A DNA stretch of 64,000 bases from Vicugna vicugna (GCA_013265495.1 MU057597.1:622207-686206); one strand, 5' to 3'; numbered from the stretch's first letter, positions 37,258 to 50,718 are shown. The notes: generated by a model from the letters alone, not told the origin. Program-made: numbers and translations.

Positions 37258-38457
37258 AATGGGAGAAAATATTTGCAAATGATGAGACGACAAGGGACTA
37301 ATTTCCCAAATACACAAGTGGCTAGTACAGCTTTATATAAAAAAAAAACAAACAATGCAATCAAAAAATGGGCAGAAGCCCTAAATAGACATTTCTCCAA
37401 AGAAGATATACAGATGGCCAACAGGCACATGAAAAGATGCTCAACATTGCTAAGTATTAGAGAAATGTAAATCAAAACTACAAGTTATCAGCTCATACCA
37501 GTCAGAATGAGCATACTTCGAAAGTCTACAAATAATAAATACTGGAGAGGGTGTGGAAAAAAAGGAAGCCTCCTACACTGTTAGTGAGGACATAAATTGT
37601 TGCAGCCACTATGGAAGACAGTATGGAGGATCCTCAAAACACTAAAAAACAAAAAACAAAAAACAAAAAAAACTGTCATATGATCTAGTAATTCTGCTCC
37701 TAGTTATATATCCAAAAAACCAAAAACACTAACTTGAAAAGATGCATGCCTCCCAATGTTCATAGCAGCACTATTTACAACAGCCAAGGGTGGGGAGGGT
37801 ATAGCTCAGTGGTAGAGCACATGCTCAACATGCATGACGTCCTGGGTTCAATCCCCAGTACCTCCATTAAAAACTAAGTAAATAAACAAACCTCATTACC
37901 CTCCCCCAAAATAGATAAATAAAAATAAATTATACACAATAGCCAAGACATGGAAGCAACCAAATGTCAATTCACAGAGGAACTGATAAAGAAGATATAT
38001 ATATAGTGGAATATTACTTAGCCATAAAAAAGAATGCAATGTCATTTGCAGTAACATGGATGAAACTAGAGATAATCATATTAAGTGGAGTAAATCAGAC
38101 AGAAAGACAAATATCATATGATATCACTTATATGTGAAATCTAAAAAAAAAGACACAAGTGAACTTATTTACAAACCGTAAGTGGACTCACAGATATAGA
38201 AAACAAACTATGACTACCAAAGAGGAAAGGGATGGAGTAGGAGTGATAAATTAATAAGAGTTTGAGATTTACATTTACACACTACCATATATAAAATAGA
38301 TAAACAACAAGGACCTACTGTATAGCACAGAGAACTATATACAACATCTTGTAATAACCTATAATGGAAAAGAATCTGAAAAGGAATATATATATAACTG
38401 AATCATTTTGCTGTACAACTGAAACTAGCATAACATTATACATCAACTACACTTCAG
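37258..38457 (+). mobile_element. LINE-1 3' fragment with nested SINE (37790-37930), between the SLC7A3-like and DPRX 5' ends
   Basis: ORF 37273..37470 ([28 protein letters not shown]); 3' UTR ends catcaactacacttca. SINE TSD acaa(c/t)agccaag. Confidence 0.9.
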
Positions 38458-38463
38458 TGGAGT

Positions 38464-38503
38464 GGGCGGGACTGGGGGTGTGGCTGTCAAGGGATGTATT
38501 TAA
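38464..38503 (+). promoter_or_regulatory. DPRX: Candidate DPRX core promoter (GC box plus TATA-like element)
   Basis: GGGCGGGA at 38464 and TATTTAA at 38497, about 70 nt upstream of the ATG. Confidence 0.5.
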
Positions 38504-38570
38504 GTCCTGATGCCACTTCTGCCAGTTCTTATTACTGGACCAGTGCATGGAAGCACATCTAGGTTACAGG

Positions 38571-41500
38571 ATGTCAGACCCAGGGGACCTTTCTAAAGGT
38601 AAGCCAGAGGAGTGAGAACTGACGGAAAGGGGTGTGAAGAATCTGAGAGCCATTGATGAGGATGGTAGAGACTGTTAAGCAGCTGCCATCGGAGGGCGAG
38701 CCCCATCAGAGGGACAGAGGGGCTCCCAAGTCTCTGCTGAAATTCCAAATCTCCCCTTGTTAACGATCCTAATTCTTCTGATTCTTGAGAAATGGGGACT
38801 CTGATCCCTATTAGGATGATGAAGTTATAAAATGTAAGCTCAACCAAGAGATCTGGTTAAGATTTCTGGAAATTTGGAAAGCTCATCATTTTTTTTTTTT
38901 GAACACTTACTAGATTTCAGGGCTTATGCTAAACCACTTTCAGGTATGATTCAATTATTATAATCTTTTAAGCTGGTAATGGTTAGATGTCTCAATTTTA
39001 CAGATAATGCTGTTTACAGTAAAGTCTATGTATTAAGGGTTTTTTTTCCCCTACTCCCTTAAGGAATCTTTGAATGACATTTAATCATAATATAGTCAAA
39101 TGTATCCATCTTTTTCCTTTAACAGCTTGCTCATTTTATGTCTAATTTCAAAATCCTTCCCTACTTTGGACTCATAAATATATTTCCCAGAAGTGTTCTC
39201 TGTTTTAGGCTGTGCTTTTCTCATTTAAGTCCCCAAAGTTTTAAACTCCTGATTAACTTAATTCATAGAAATCTTGGAGTTTTTTGTTGCTTTGGTAACT
39301 GTCTTCTTTTTTTTCAATTTTATTTCTAGTATAACTAGATATACTAGTTCTATTCTAGTATACTAGAAAACTAGTATAATTAGTTTTAACTAGTAAAGTT
39401 GCTTAACTCTTTGAATAGTTTTAAAAGCCCAGATGTTGATTCTGTTGGCTTTTCTAGGAAATAATCTACAAAGAATCGGTTTCATCTTTTGCCTTCCGAT
39501 CTTACACATTTTTTCCTTTCCTTATAAGCATTACAAGATTACACTGTCATCATGCTTGTAAATATCCCTTCCATGTTCCCGATTCTAAAAGGAAAGCATA
39601 TTATGTTTTTCCATTGAGGAGAGTGTTTCCTAGAGGGATCTGGAATGTAACTTTAACAAAGTAAAGCAAGATGCTTTACTCCCTAATTTGTTAAGATTTT
39701 CTTTTTCAGTTAAAAAAATATTTATTGACGTGTAATTTACTTACAATAAGGTCTACCCATTTTAGGTGTAAAGCTGAATAAGTTTTTACAAATGTATATG
39801 CCTCCCTACCCGCCTCAGACAGACCTTTACTCATAGGGTATTAAAACTAAAACTCCCTGCTCAAATTCCCCATCCCCTTTTCCCTGTTTTTTCCCTCTGT
39901 AGAACATTCAGTGTTACTGAACCAAACTTGGGTCCACTCACCCTCGCACAGTGAAGCCAATCCACTGACATCGGGCTGCGGTGAAGGAAGGTGCAGTGCT
40001 TACTGCAGGGCGCCAAGCAATGAGTGCAGGACAGGTAGTGTTCAAAAAGCTCAGACTCCCCAGTGGCTTTCAGGGAAGCATTTTTAAAGGCAAGATTAAG
40101 GGGGGGTGGGGAGGAGTCCCAGGGTATGTGATCAGTTCAAGCATAATTCTCTGATTAGTTGATGATGAATTAACAGGGCGGTGTCACAGGGGTTAATATT
40201 ATCAGTCTTTAGGCACCAGCAGGTCTGGGGGCTCCACACGTGCTCATGGTCATCAAGGAGCTAATTTCTTCCATTTGGTGGGGGTGTTAGCATCTGTAAA
40301 ACAACGCAGGACACGTGCATCAGATACTGCCACCTAGGCACTTAGAGAGGCGCTGATGCAAAGGATGTGGGGGAGGGCTCTGTCCTGGGACAGCCCCAGA
40401 GGGTCCTGCTCAGTGACATCAGCACTGCGTAATGTAATGTGTATTTTAACACTTTTAGTTTGTGCATATGTGTGTCTCCACTAAAGCACGATATCCACGA
40501 AAGCATTGGTATTGTTATTATCATTAGACTATTTTTAGAGCAGTTTTAGTTTCACAGCAAAACTGAGCAGAAGAAACAGAGATATACCTCCTGCCTCCAC
40601 ACAGGCACAGCTACTCCCAGTGACAACGTCCTGCACTGGAGCGGTTCATCTGACGTGCTGCTCCACCTCACTACCGGTGACGAACCTGCGTTGATAGGTC
40701 CTTGTCACCCCAAATCCATAGTTTACATTAGGGTTCATTCTGGCCTTGTACATTCTATGCGTTTGGGAGGGCAAATTTTGGGGAGGAAAAGTTTTATTTT
40801 TCTATTTCTTTGCTGTATGCTTAAAAGCATACCTGTGCCCGATAAAAGTTATTCAGTAAAATTTGAATGAGCGACAAGGGTAAAGTCATGGGCGTCTCTC
40901 ATTGGATTGAGTTGCCTGTTGCTTTTTTTTTAATTGAACTATAGCTGATTTACAATATTGTGTTAGTTTCTGGTGTACAGCAAATAATTCAGTTTTAGAT
41001 GCATATATACACATATACATACACATATCATTTTTCATATTCTTTTCCATTATGGTTTATTATAGGATATTGAGTACAGTTCCCTGTGCTGTACAGTAGG
41101 ACCTTGTTGTTAATCTATTTTATATATAATAGTTTGTATCTGCTAAGCCCAAACTGCTCATTTATCCCTCCCCTAACCTCTTTCCCCTTTGGTAACCAAA
41201 TTTGTTTTCTGTCTGTGAGTCTGTTTCTGTTTCCTAAATAAGTTCATTTGTGTCATATTTTAGATTCCACATATAAGTGATATCATATAGTATTTGTCTT
41301 TCTGTTTCTGGCTTCACTTAATATGATCATCTCTAGGTCCATCCATGTTGCAGCAAATGGCATTATTTCATTCTTTTTATGGCTGAGTAGTATTCCATTG
41401 TGTGTGGATATAGATATAGATATATAGATATACACACACACACATCTTTATCCACTCATCCATCGATTGACATTTAGGTTGCCTCCATGTCTTGACAGGC

Positions 41501-43032
41501 CTATTTTTTTTCCACACAAAAAATTTAAATCCAAAGCTGACATCCAAGGGATCCATATTTGAACAACCCTTTCTTATGGTGGGTATATGGATTAGCAACC
41601 GTGGCAAGATGAGGCTTTAGGAAAGCCAGCAGCAAAGTCATCCACACCATGTGTAAGTATCCAGGAATCTCAGTCACTTGACAGCAAGCTTGACTGCTGC
41701 GGAGAGCCAGTGGAAGCTCAAGGTTTTGAGACTAGAACTGTCTCGATACCTCATCCATGCCTTTCTCTCCTTTCCAGGAAAGCACCAGAAGTATCCACTA
41801 AGGAAACGAACTATGTTCACAAAGAAACAATTGGCAGCTTTGAACTTCTTTTTCAGTAAAAACCCATACCCTAGCCCCAGCCTACAAAGAGAAATGGCCT
41901 TGGAAATGGAGATACACCCAAGAGTACTGCAGGTCAGAAAATAACACCCCACCTCTCCAAGCCACCTCCCGGAGTACCCTAAACTCAGGGACCCCAGGAT
42001 AATTCCTGAAGCTGGATACCACACCAGTCCCCAAGATTCCTAGCACCCAGACTCCTAGGTATACCCAGTTGCCCTCTCTCCTATCCCCTAAAGCAAGAAA
42101 CAGCAAACTTTTTCTATAAAGGGCCAGATAGTAAATATTTGTGACCCATACTCTCTGCCGCAATCAACTCTGCCATGATCACATAAGAGCAGCCATCGAC
42201 CTTGTGCAAATAAATGGGTGTGTCTGCATTTCCATAATACTTTCGGGACACATGTTTGAAGGTCATATGGTATTCATGTCACAGAATATTCTTATTGTAT
42301 TGCTTTTTTTCCCCCAACCATTTCAAAATGTAGAACCTCTTCGCTCATGGGCCTTACAAAAGCAGGCGGTGGGTCCGATTTGGCCCAGGAGCATTTGCGC
42401 GTGACACCAGCCCTAGAGCATCCCCTGGAGGTGACTGTTTTGCTCTCCTGTCTCTTGCTCTGGGTGTGCTCTGGTCCCTGCCTCGCTTTCTGGCCCCACA
42501 GCCTCTCACTTCTGCTCCTTCCTGGATCTAGGTTGTCAGGGGTTCCACTAATAGACTGTGAGTGGCAGAGGTGTCGGGCAAAATGAAAAGTCTGGTGGAA
42601 CATCACCCGATTCATCAGCCCCTCGCTCCTCTCTTTTCTCCTTAGGTTTGGTTCAAGAACCGTCGAGCGAAACTCAAGAAAGCCAAATACGAGGATTTTC
42701 CACCAAAACAAGAGGCTCAACAAGAGCAATTAGCTGAGGCAGGAGTCAAAATCAGCTCTTCCAAAGGAAATATGGACACACCTCCCAGACCCCCTGTTGG
42801 TGCCTCCCCTATATCTCTAGTTTACACAGATCATTCAGTGCCTTCCTTCCAACTCAGCCTATGGCCCAGGTGGAAGGCTCTCACAGAGCAGTCTGTTGGC
42901 CACAAAATAGTCCACTTTGGCTGCTGCCAAGACCCTAATGTATACTGTCTCTATCCCGTTCTGGAATCCCAAGCTCTCTTTTCCAGCTTCAGTTCTAATT
43001 CTCTTGGCTCTTTGTCATCACAAAGAATTTAG
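38571..43032 (+). CDS. DPRX: Divergent paired-related homeobox DPRX (189 aa, K50 PRD-class homeodomain)
   Basis: Exons 38571-38598 (MSDPGDLSK G|gtaagc), 41778-41932 (RKRTMFTKKQL..NPYPSPSLQREMA..HPRVLQ) and 42646-43032 (VWFKNRRAKLKKAK..GHKIVHFGCCQDPNVYCLYPVLESQ); 570 nt in frame. The intron sits at the canonical PRD position and the C-terminal motif is characteristic of DPRX. Confidence 0.93.
39912..40418. mobile_element. Solo ERV1-type LTR (507 bp) in DPRX intron 1
   Basis: TG...CA termini with perfect 4-bp TSD TCAG (39908-11 and 40419-22). Confidence 0.85.
40922..41497 (-). mobile_element. LINE-1 3' end, antisense, in DPRX intron 1
   Basis: Poly-T head followed by the reverse L1 3' UTR (gttccctgtgctgtacagtagg, ggctgagtagtattccattg). 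Confidence 0.9.
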
Positions 43033-43100
43033 TGTGAGATGCTAGACCCAGAAAGTTACATCTGATAATGATTTGTAATGATTCCCTTACAAGGAAACAC

Positions 43101-43785
43101 TGAAATGGAGCAGGACCCTGTAGGGTCTTCCCAGGACAGACCCCCCCCCATGTCCTCTGCCTGCCTTTTGTCTGTAGAAAAACTTTTGTCAGAGAATAAA
43201 TATAGCAGGGAGGGTATAGCTCAAGTGGTAGAGTGCTCACTTAGCATGTATGAGGTCTTGGGTTCAATCCCCAGTACCTCCTCCAAATATAAATAAATCT
43301 AATTGCTGCACCCTCATAAAGAACAAATGAATAAAAGACTAAGTTTAATCAGGGAAAGAAGAGAATACAGAAACAAGGGGAAATAGCCAAGCTAAACAGT
43401 CATTAAAAAAAGTCAAAGGCTTTTTTGTTCCTCCTCAAAGGCTATAAATAATATTCTGAGCCATGTCCTTTGAGCTGTCTCATAGATACTGAAAGCCCCC
43501 ACCAGGGGGAAGACATTAACTACGTGATGACCAGACTGTGGACGTGACAGAAGCTGCCCCAATTCCAAGAACTGGCCTCAAAGAAATGGGAACAAACAGA
43601 CCCTGGAACCGAAGATTAACTGTTCTTAAAACAGTCAAGATGATCCTGATCAGACCACTGCATGAGTAACCTCAAGACGATTGTCTGAGCTGACAGCTGT
43701 TCTGCGTGTAGCATCCTCCCTCCAAACAAACATCCCCAGACTCCCCCTTAAGAGCTCTTGCCCACTGGTTGGCAGAGGGGAGGAA
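43101..43785 (+). mobile_element. ERV LTR starting about 70 bp after the DPRX stop, with nested Vic-1-like SINE (43207-43335)
   Basis: tgaaatggagcaggaccctg head; LTR-like body (gctataaataatattctgagcc, gaactggcctcaaagaaatgggaac); SINE ggggagggtatagctcaagtggtagag. Confidence 0.65.
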
Positions 43786-45168
43786 CTGGTATATATGTGG
43801 TATATGCGATATACACAGATGAACGCGGTTCAAAAACATGCTGGGTGAAAGAAACAAGACTACATAGTGGATAATTCTGTATAATTCCATCTATGAACTT
43901 GCAGAACATGCAGGAAAAACTACTCTACAGCAGCCAGAAACAGATCAGTCAGTGTCCATGTGGTAGAAAGGACTGAGTTGAAAAAGACACTGGACAATCT
44001 CATTGGGATGATGGAAAAGTTTCATGTCTTCAGTTGCATTTACCTGGACGGCAGTTACCTGGGTGTAAGATTCATCAAAACATAAAATGCTAATACTACA
44101 TTATATGCTTGAAAGTTGCAAGAGACCGGATCCTAAATGTTCTCACTACAAGAAAGAAATAATTATGCGATGGGATGGAGCTGTTAGCTAATGTAATCAT
44201 TTTGCAATACATAAATGTATTAAATCAACATGTTGTACACCTTAAACTTACACAGTGTTCTATTCAATCGTATCTCAATAAAGCTGGAAAAAAATTGTTT
44301 TCATAAAATCCATGCATTTTAATTTATCTGATCCCAAAAATCTCGCTATTTTAAATGAAAGACAAAAGGAGAGGGAAGTTGGTTGATTCAATGAATGGCT
44401 TTCTAGTGCTTTAGGATAAGAGATCTTACATCAAATCCAAACCCCTGCCCTCTCACCACCTGCTGGCCAGGATGACCCAAACCTGCTGATAAGATGATAA
44501 GAAACACCTGGGGAGCTTTCACAGCCCAGATTCCAGGAAGGGAGGGAATGTTTGTTCCTCAGAGAGGCACACTTTTGCCCAGGATTGTGTTTAAACAAGG
44601 GTCAAAGCTCAAAGACACTACCAAAGCCTGAATTGTCCAGAGAGATAGACTTCTTGAGAAGGAAAGAATTTCCCACAAGTCCTCAGGGGAGCAGGAGGGG
44701 GAGGGGTAAGGCTGTGCAGGAGGCTGAGGGCTGGAGCCGGCGGAGCGGGTGAGAGACTTCGAACCTCAGGTTCAGTGTCACAGCCCAGAGAGATGGAAAC
44801 ACTTGGAGACCCCAAAGCTGGGCTTGTATCCTGCCTCCTTTCCTGGCAAACTGTGGACATAAGCCACTTTGGTCCTGATCCTCTCACCTGATGAGTGGGG
44901 GAAATTGTCTCCATGGCGGGGGGCGGGGGGCGGGGGGGAGTTTCTTGCTGTATTGTACACATTCTTATAAAATGTGTGTTCTCAGCCGTCACCTACATTT
45001 CCCCAAAAGGAATCACTGTTTCATCTCATCACCATTGATTCGTTTGCCTGTTGTTGAAATTCAGAGAAACTGAATCATAACCCATGAACGTTTTTGTGCG
45101 TGGCTTCTTTCATGCACCGTTTCATTGGTGAGACCCATTCATGTTAAAGGGAGCACAGTGTTTTTTAA

Positions 45169-45643
45169 AATGGAAATGTTTATGCCAGTTATAAAATTCT
45201 GGTATTTGAAGTGGAAAAAAATAAGTGAATGAAGGGCTGCAAATGGCAAAATATCCTTCTTTCTCATGGGTGAGTTGTGTTCCATTACATACATATGTAC
45301 TGCATCTTCTTTATCCATTCATCTATTGATGTTCACTTAGGATGCTTCCATATCTTGACAAATATAAATAATGTTGCTGTTAATAGTGGGGTGTATGTAT
45401 CTTTTTGAATTAATTCTTATTTTGTGGTTGGTTTTATTCCTCTGATAACTATGTAAGTTTAAAAAGCTAAAGCTCTAAACGTTCTTAGAAACAATGAACA
45501 AGTACGTATATGTAAATTTTAAAAATATGTGCAGTGTATTGTGTATACATGTATTTACATGCAATACATTGTATATGTGTAGTCAAACTGTAACAATTCT
45601 ACCTAATAAAAATGAAAAATGAAAAACAAATAAATAAAAAAAA
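45169..45643 (+). repeat. Unclassified dispersed repeat, copy 2, with extended 3' end and A-rich tail
   Basis: Matches 10879..11239, then continues to aataaaaatgaaaaatgaaaaacaaataaataaaaaaaa. Confidence 0.85.
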
Positions 45644-46957
45644 TTTAAAGAAACCCTTGGTATAACATAATATCGGGTTGTTGCCAAGTCCAAACTTGTT
45701 CTGCTCGCCGCACAACAGGCCAAGAAATCGGGAGATGAGGTGTTGGAGCAAAGAATAGCGACTTTAGCCGGCAGACCTAGAGGATGGCAGACTAATGGCT
45801 TGGAGAACCATCCTGCTCTAGTCAGAATACAGGCTCCCTTTGTATGAAAAACAAGGGAGGGGGTGAGGTTGATTGTTGCAATCTTCTTGCTGCAGGCATT
45901 CTTTGTTCTTGGCCCCGTGGGCCAGGTCATGGTGTCCCTGTAAACCTCCAACAAAACAAAGGTTAGTCGCTACTATAGGGTGATACTCAAATTTCCCTAA
46001 TGGTCCCTTAAAGTTGGTTGTTTAAGTCAACGCTGAAGTAATATCATCTTAGAAAGGCTTACAAATGCATGTTAACTAATTCGATCATTCCTTCCACAAT
46101 TATTAGAGACAAACCTTCTGCTTGTAAGCACTTTGCTTCATCTATTATTACTATCCTCAATTATTACTAGTAGGAGAGTAAAAATTGATGAGGCAATAGA
46201 ATTCATACAGGAAATATAAACACTTAATTCTCTTTGTGTCCAGTGGTGACCCATAAGTCCAATTATCTCTAAGCATTTGGAATACTGGGGCTTTTTTATT
46301 TTTCAAAGAATGTAGAATATTCCTTGCCTGGGACCTCACGCTGGAGCATAAACCTCACTTGAGCTGGGATTTCATCTTATTTCCCACCTATCCTCAGGTC
46401 CCAGAATAATGTCTGTCACAGAATAGATCTTCAAAAAAAATTCTAGAAAAAAAGAAAGGAATGGTTTCTTAGTGTCCTCAGAACGAAAGCCTTTTCTTGC
46501 ATCAAATCCTGCCTGATCCCCTCCCACCACCTTCAAATCCAGAGTTTCGCCAAATTGCCTGATGATGAAAATCACATGAGAAGCTTCTTAAATCTGATTC
46601 TAGGACATCTCACCTGCAGAGTGTGTGTTAGACATGCATAATACATGTGAGTATCTGTGTGTATATCTAACATGTATATGTGTGTATAGACTTCTGTGTT
46701 AAACAGGTGATGGGAAAAATCAGAAGCACTGGGAAAAATACAGACACATATTTTCATTTAGTTTTACAAATACACCAAACTCTATCCCACCTGAACTCCT
46801 CCTTCCATTCTTTTCCTATCACCCTGACTTCTCTTCTCACCTGTTTCCCCCTCCTTTCTACCACGTCAGTGCACTTAGTGGCTCCTAACACTTCCCTGTG
46901 GCTGCCATCGCTGAAACACCAGAAGTCAAAATGAAACTCAATCCCTTTGTGACTTCC

Positions 46958-47138
46958 GAGGGAGGGTCTAGTTCAGTGGCAGAGCACATGACTAGCATGC
47001 ACAAGGTCCTGGGCTCAATCCCCAGTACCTTGATTAAATAAATACATAAATAAGTAAACCTAATTACCTCCCCCAAAAAGAAGAGAATTGTTTTAAATGT
47101 GTGAAATAAATGACAGCTCAAAAAAAGAAGAAAAAAAA
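46958..47138 (+). mobile_element. Vic-1-like SINE
   Basis: gggagggtctagttcagtggcagagcacatg...gggctcaatccccagtacc. Confidence 0.85.
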
Positions 47139-47374
47139 GACACACATTGTATTGCATTTGATTAGATGTAAATCACCCTGACCAGCAGATCCTCTATGGA
47201 ATCCCAGAAGACAGTTCTGCACAATGTATGTTTGGGCACCTCTGACACACCCAGGTTCCCAGGGACAGAAGTAAGGGGTCTCCCCTACCCCACTTAAGGC
47301 ATCTCCCTACAATGCTCTCAGAACAAATGCCCGCCTATTTATCTGTCATTCTGGTAGAGCCAATTCTATGTTCT

Positions 47375-47474
47375 CTTCTTTTCTTTTTATTTTTCTTTTT
47401 CTATTTTTTCTTAATTGAAGTATAGTTAATTTATAATGTTATGTTAGTTTCTGGTGCACAGCATAGTGATTTAG

Positions 47475-47512
<38 letters not shown>

Positions 47513-48335
47513 CTTTTCATTACAGGTTATTAAAGGCTACTGAATATAGTTCCCTGTGCTATACAGTAGGAACTTGTTTATCTATTTTGTATATATAGTA
47601 GTTTGTACCTGTTAATCCCAAATTCCTAATTTATCACTCCTGCCCTTTCCCCTTTAGTAACCATAAGTTTGTTTTCTGCCTGTGAGTCTGTTTCTGTTTC
47701 ATAAATAAGTTCATTTGTGTCGTTTTTATAGATTCCCCATATAAGTGATATATGACATTTGTCTTTCTCTATCTGACTCACTTCACTTAGTATGTTAATC
47801 TCTAGGTCCATCCATGTTGCTGTAAATGGCATTCTTTCATTCTTTTCATGGCTGAGTAGTATTCCATTGTATATACGTACCATAACTTCTTTATCCAATC
47901 ATCTGTTGAGGAACATTTAAGTTGTTTCCATGTCTTGGCTATTATAAATAGTGCTACCATGAACACTGAGGTGCACATATCTTTTCAAATTAGAGTTTTC
48001 TCCAGATATATGCCCAGGAGTGGGATTGTTGGATTATGTGGTAATTCTGTTTTTAGTTTTTTGAGGAACCTCCATACTTCTTTCCATAGTGGTTGCACCA
48101 AACTACATTCCCACCAACAGTGTAGGATGGTTCCATTTTCTCCACACCCTATCTAGTATTTATCATTTGTGTACTTTTTAATAATGGCCATTCTGACTGG
48201 TGTGAGGTCATACCTCATTGTAGTTTTGGTTTGTATTTCTCTAATAATTATCGATATTGAGCATGTTTTCATGTGACTATTGACCGTCTGTATGTCTTCA
48301 TTGGAAAAATTTAGAACTTATTCCCATTTTTTGAT
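47375..48335 (-). mobile_element. LINE-1 3' end, antisense, with (TA)n microsatellite at ~47476-47510
   Basis: Minus ORF 47626..47898 (MPFTATWMDLEINILSEVSQIEKDK); poly-T head. Confidence 0.92.
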
Positions 48336-48689
48336 TTTTACTGAAGACACCCAGTCACGTGTTTAAAAAAAATAACTCCCTAAAAAAAGATAAAAATAAT
48401 AATAATAATAATCAAATAAATAATTCCCTACATTTGTAATTTTGATTCCTTATCAGATAGCCATACATTGGGTTCCAAATGGAAGACAGAAAAGAGGTTT
48501 TGGGCAAGTGTGATGACTTCACACCATGATCGCACTCCAGTCAGCAAGGGGGAGGCAGCAGAATAAAGGGAAGAGAATGGCTCATTATTTCCTTTTTAGA
48601 GTTTGACCTGGAGTTGCGTACTGAATTACCGCCTATATTGAAGACTTGAATGTCCTCATGTGGTCATACAAAGCAGACTGAGAAATGCA

Positions 48690-49115
48690 GCCTTAAGTCT
48701 GTACAAGCCGCTATAACCAAACATGACAGACTGGGTGGCTAATATACAAAAGAAGTTTACTTCTCACAGTTCGGGAGCAAGCTCTCTGGGATTTCTTTTA
48801 ACATGGCGCTAATCTCTGTATGGCACAGGGAAATATATTCAAGATCTTGAAGTAGCTCATGGTGAAAAAGAATATGAAAATGAATATATGTATATTCATG
48901 TATGACTGAAAAATTGTGCTGCACACCAGAAACGGACACAACATTGTAAACTGAGTATAACTCAATCAATCAATCAAATGGCACTAACCCCATTCCTGAG
49001 GGCTCCATCTTCACAATCTCATCACCTCCCAAAGGCCCCACCTGCTGATACCATCACACTGGCCATTAGGTTTCAACATATTAATTTTGGGGGAACACAA
49101 ACATCACACGTTAGC
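48690..49115. mobile_element. MLT1-like MaLR LTR interrupted by a short L1 3' tail (48820-48978)
   Basis: gctataaccaaacatgacagactgggtggct...cacctcccaaaggccccacc...tttcaacatattaattttggggg. Confidence 0.7.
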
Positions 49116-50361
49116 ATCAGGTACCAGCTAAAATGAAGGGTCTTGGAATAAGAAGGGAATGGTAGAGACAATCAAAGGTCTCTCACATTCTGGCCAGAGG
49201 AAATTCCCCAGAATGATGATAGCGCTCTTGTCAGGAAAAGGAAGTGAAACGTGGCAGTAAAAAATTTTACATAACCCGTTATAGCAGGTATTCAGTAAGT
49301 GACCCTCATTGTGGTGATTATTGCAGAGCTAAACCTTGGGGACCAAGGAATGAATAGTCCTCAGCGGAACGAGTCCAGTGGGGTCGACTCTCACTGCTGT
49401 GCTGAAGAGGAAGAAGAAGGAAAGAAAATGAGCTCAGTCCAGTCTTCTCATATCCCACTCATGGGGAAAAGTAAGCAAGGAAAGAAAAAGAAAATTTTAC
49501 CAAAGCTTTACCCATAAATAAGTTCCCTTGAGCAAAAGTTAGAAGGAAGTTGAGTTAATCAGCCCCTTAAGAATGATCAGACGTTTTCAAAGTTTTCTGG
49601 GTCCCTTAGGCCTTACCCTTCTGCCTCCTGGGAACTCCCTGGGTAAGAAGAACTGGGGAGGAGAGAGAATTCCTCACCTTTCCATGTGGGGTGTGACCTA
49701 GTATCTGAAATAACGGCGACCTCTGGGGACCAGCAGAGCTCCATTCTTACCAACGATCTCAAAGAACTCCTCAGTGTTCAAAACTCTGGCTTGCTCGTCA
49801 TCTCTTTCTGGTCCCTGATTTGCTCTATTTCTGTCTTTCCCTTTGTCTCTCTTGGTCCTGTTTTTCTGGCTTTATCTGTCTTTCCTCTCCTGCCTGTCTC
49901 TCTCCTTTGTCTCTAGTTCTCTGACTGTCTTTCTTTGTCTGTCTTCATCTGTGTCTTCCCCAGTCTGTACCCTCGTTCTCCCTGCATTTCCCCCTCCTTC
50001 TGTGTCTGTCTGTGTTTAATATGTTTCTCTCTTTTCCCCTCCAGGGCCTCCCCTTGTCTCTGTCACTTTTGTTGGGTTTGTGGATTACCTTCTCCTTTGT
50101 CCCTGTTCCATGCCATATGCCTCTCTAAAAAAGTCCAGAATCAGGACTTGGACCCTTTGTGATAAAAAGGACTGTAATGCCAGGTAAATTGTCATCACCT
50201 GTTGTCTGTGCCTTTCACACCATCCTCTAGGAACCTGGGGACAGAGCAGGAGGAGACGCTGAAGGTGTGGAAGAAGGAACTGAGGTTAGTGGAGATCTTC
50301 CCGATTCTGAGAGAAACAGAATTAGACTGTAGACTGAAGGAGAGCCTTGGGGGAGCTAGAC

Positions 50362-50718
50362 CACAGCTGTCCAATGTGGTAGCCATGAGCCACCTGTGGC
50401 TACTGGGGACTTGAAATGTGGACGGTCGGCCATGGGATGTACTATGGGTGTGAAACCAGATTTTTAAGACAGTCCCAAAAGAAGAATATAAAGCAGCTCA
50501 TGTATAACTTTTTCAGCTCATGTATAACTTTTTCAAAATGATTGCATGTTGAAATGATAATGCTTTCGATATACTGGGTTAGATAAACTATATTGCTAAC
50601 ATTGCTTTCACCTGTTTTCTTTTATTATGTCTTTTCATGTGGCTACTAGAAAATCTGAAATTATATATGTGGCTTACATTGATGGCTGACGTTATGTTTC
50701 TGATTGGACAGTGCTGGT
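50362..50718. mobile_element. MER3-like hAT fossil
   Basis: Inverted termini cagctgtccaat...attggacagtg; contains a 20-bp tandem duplication cagctcatgtataacttttt. Confidence 0.65.
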
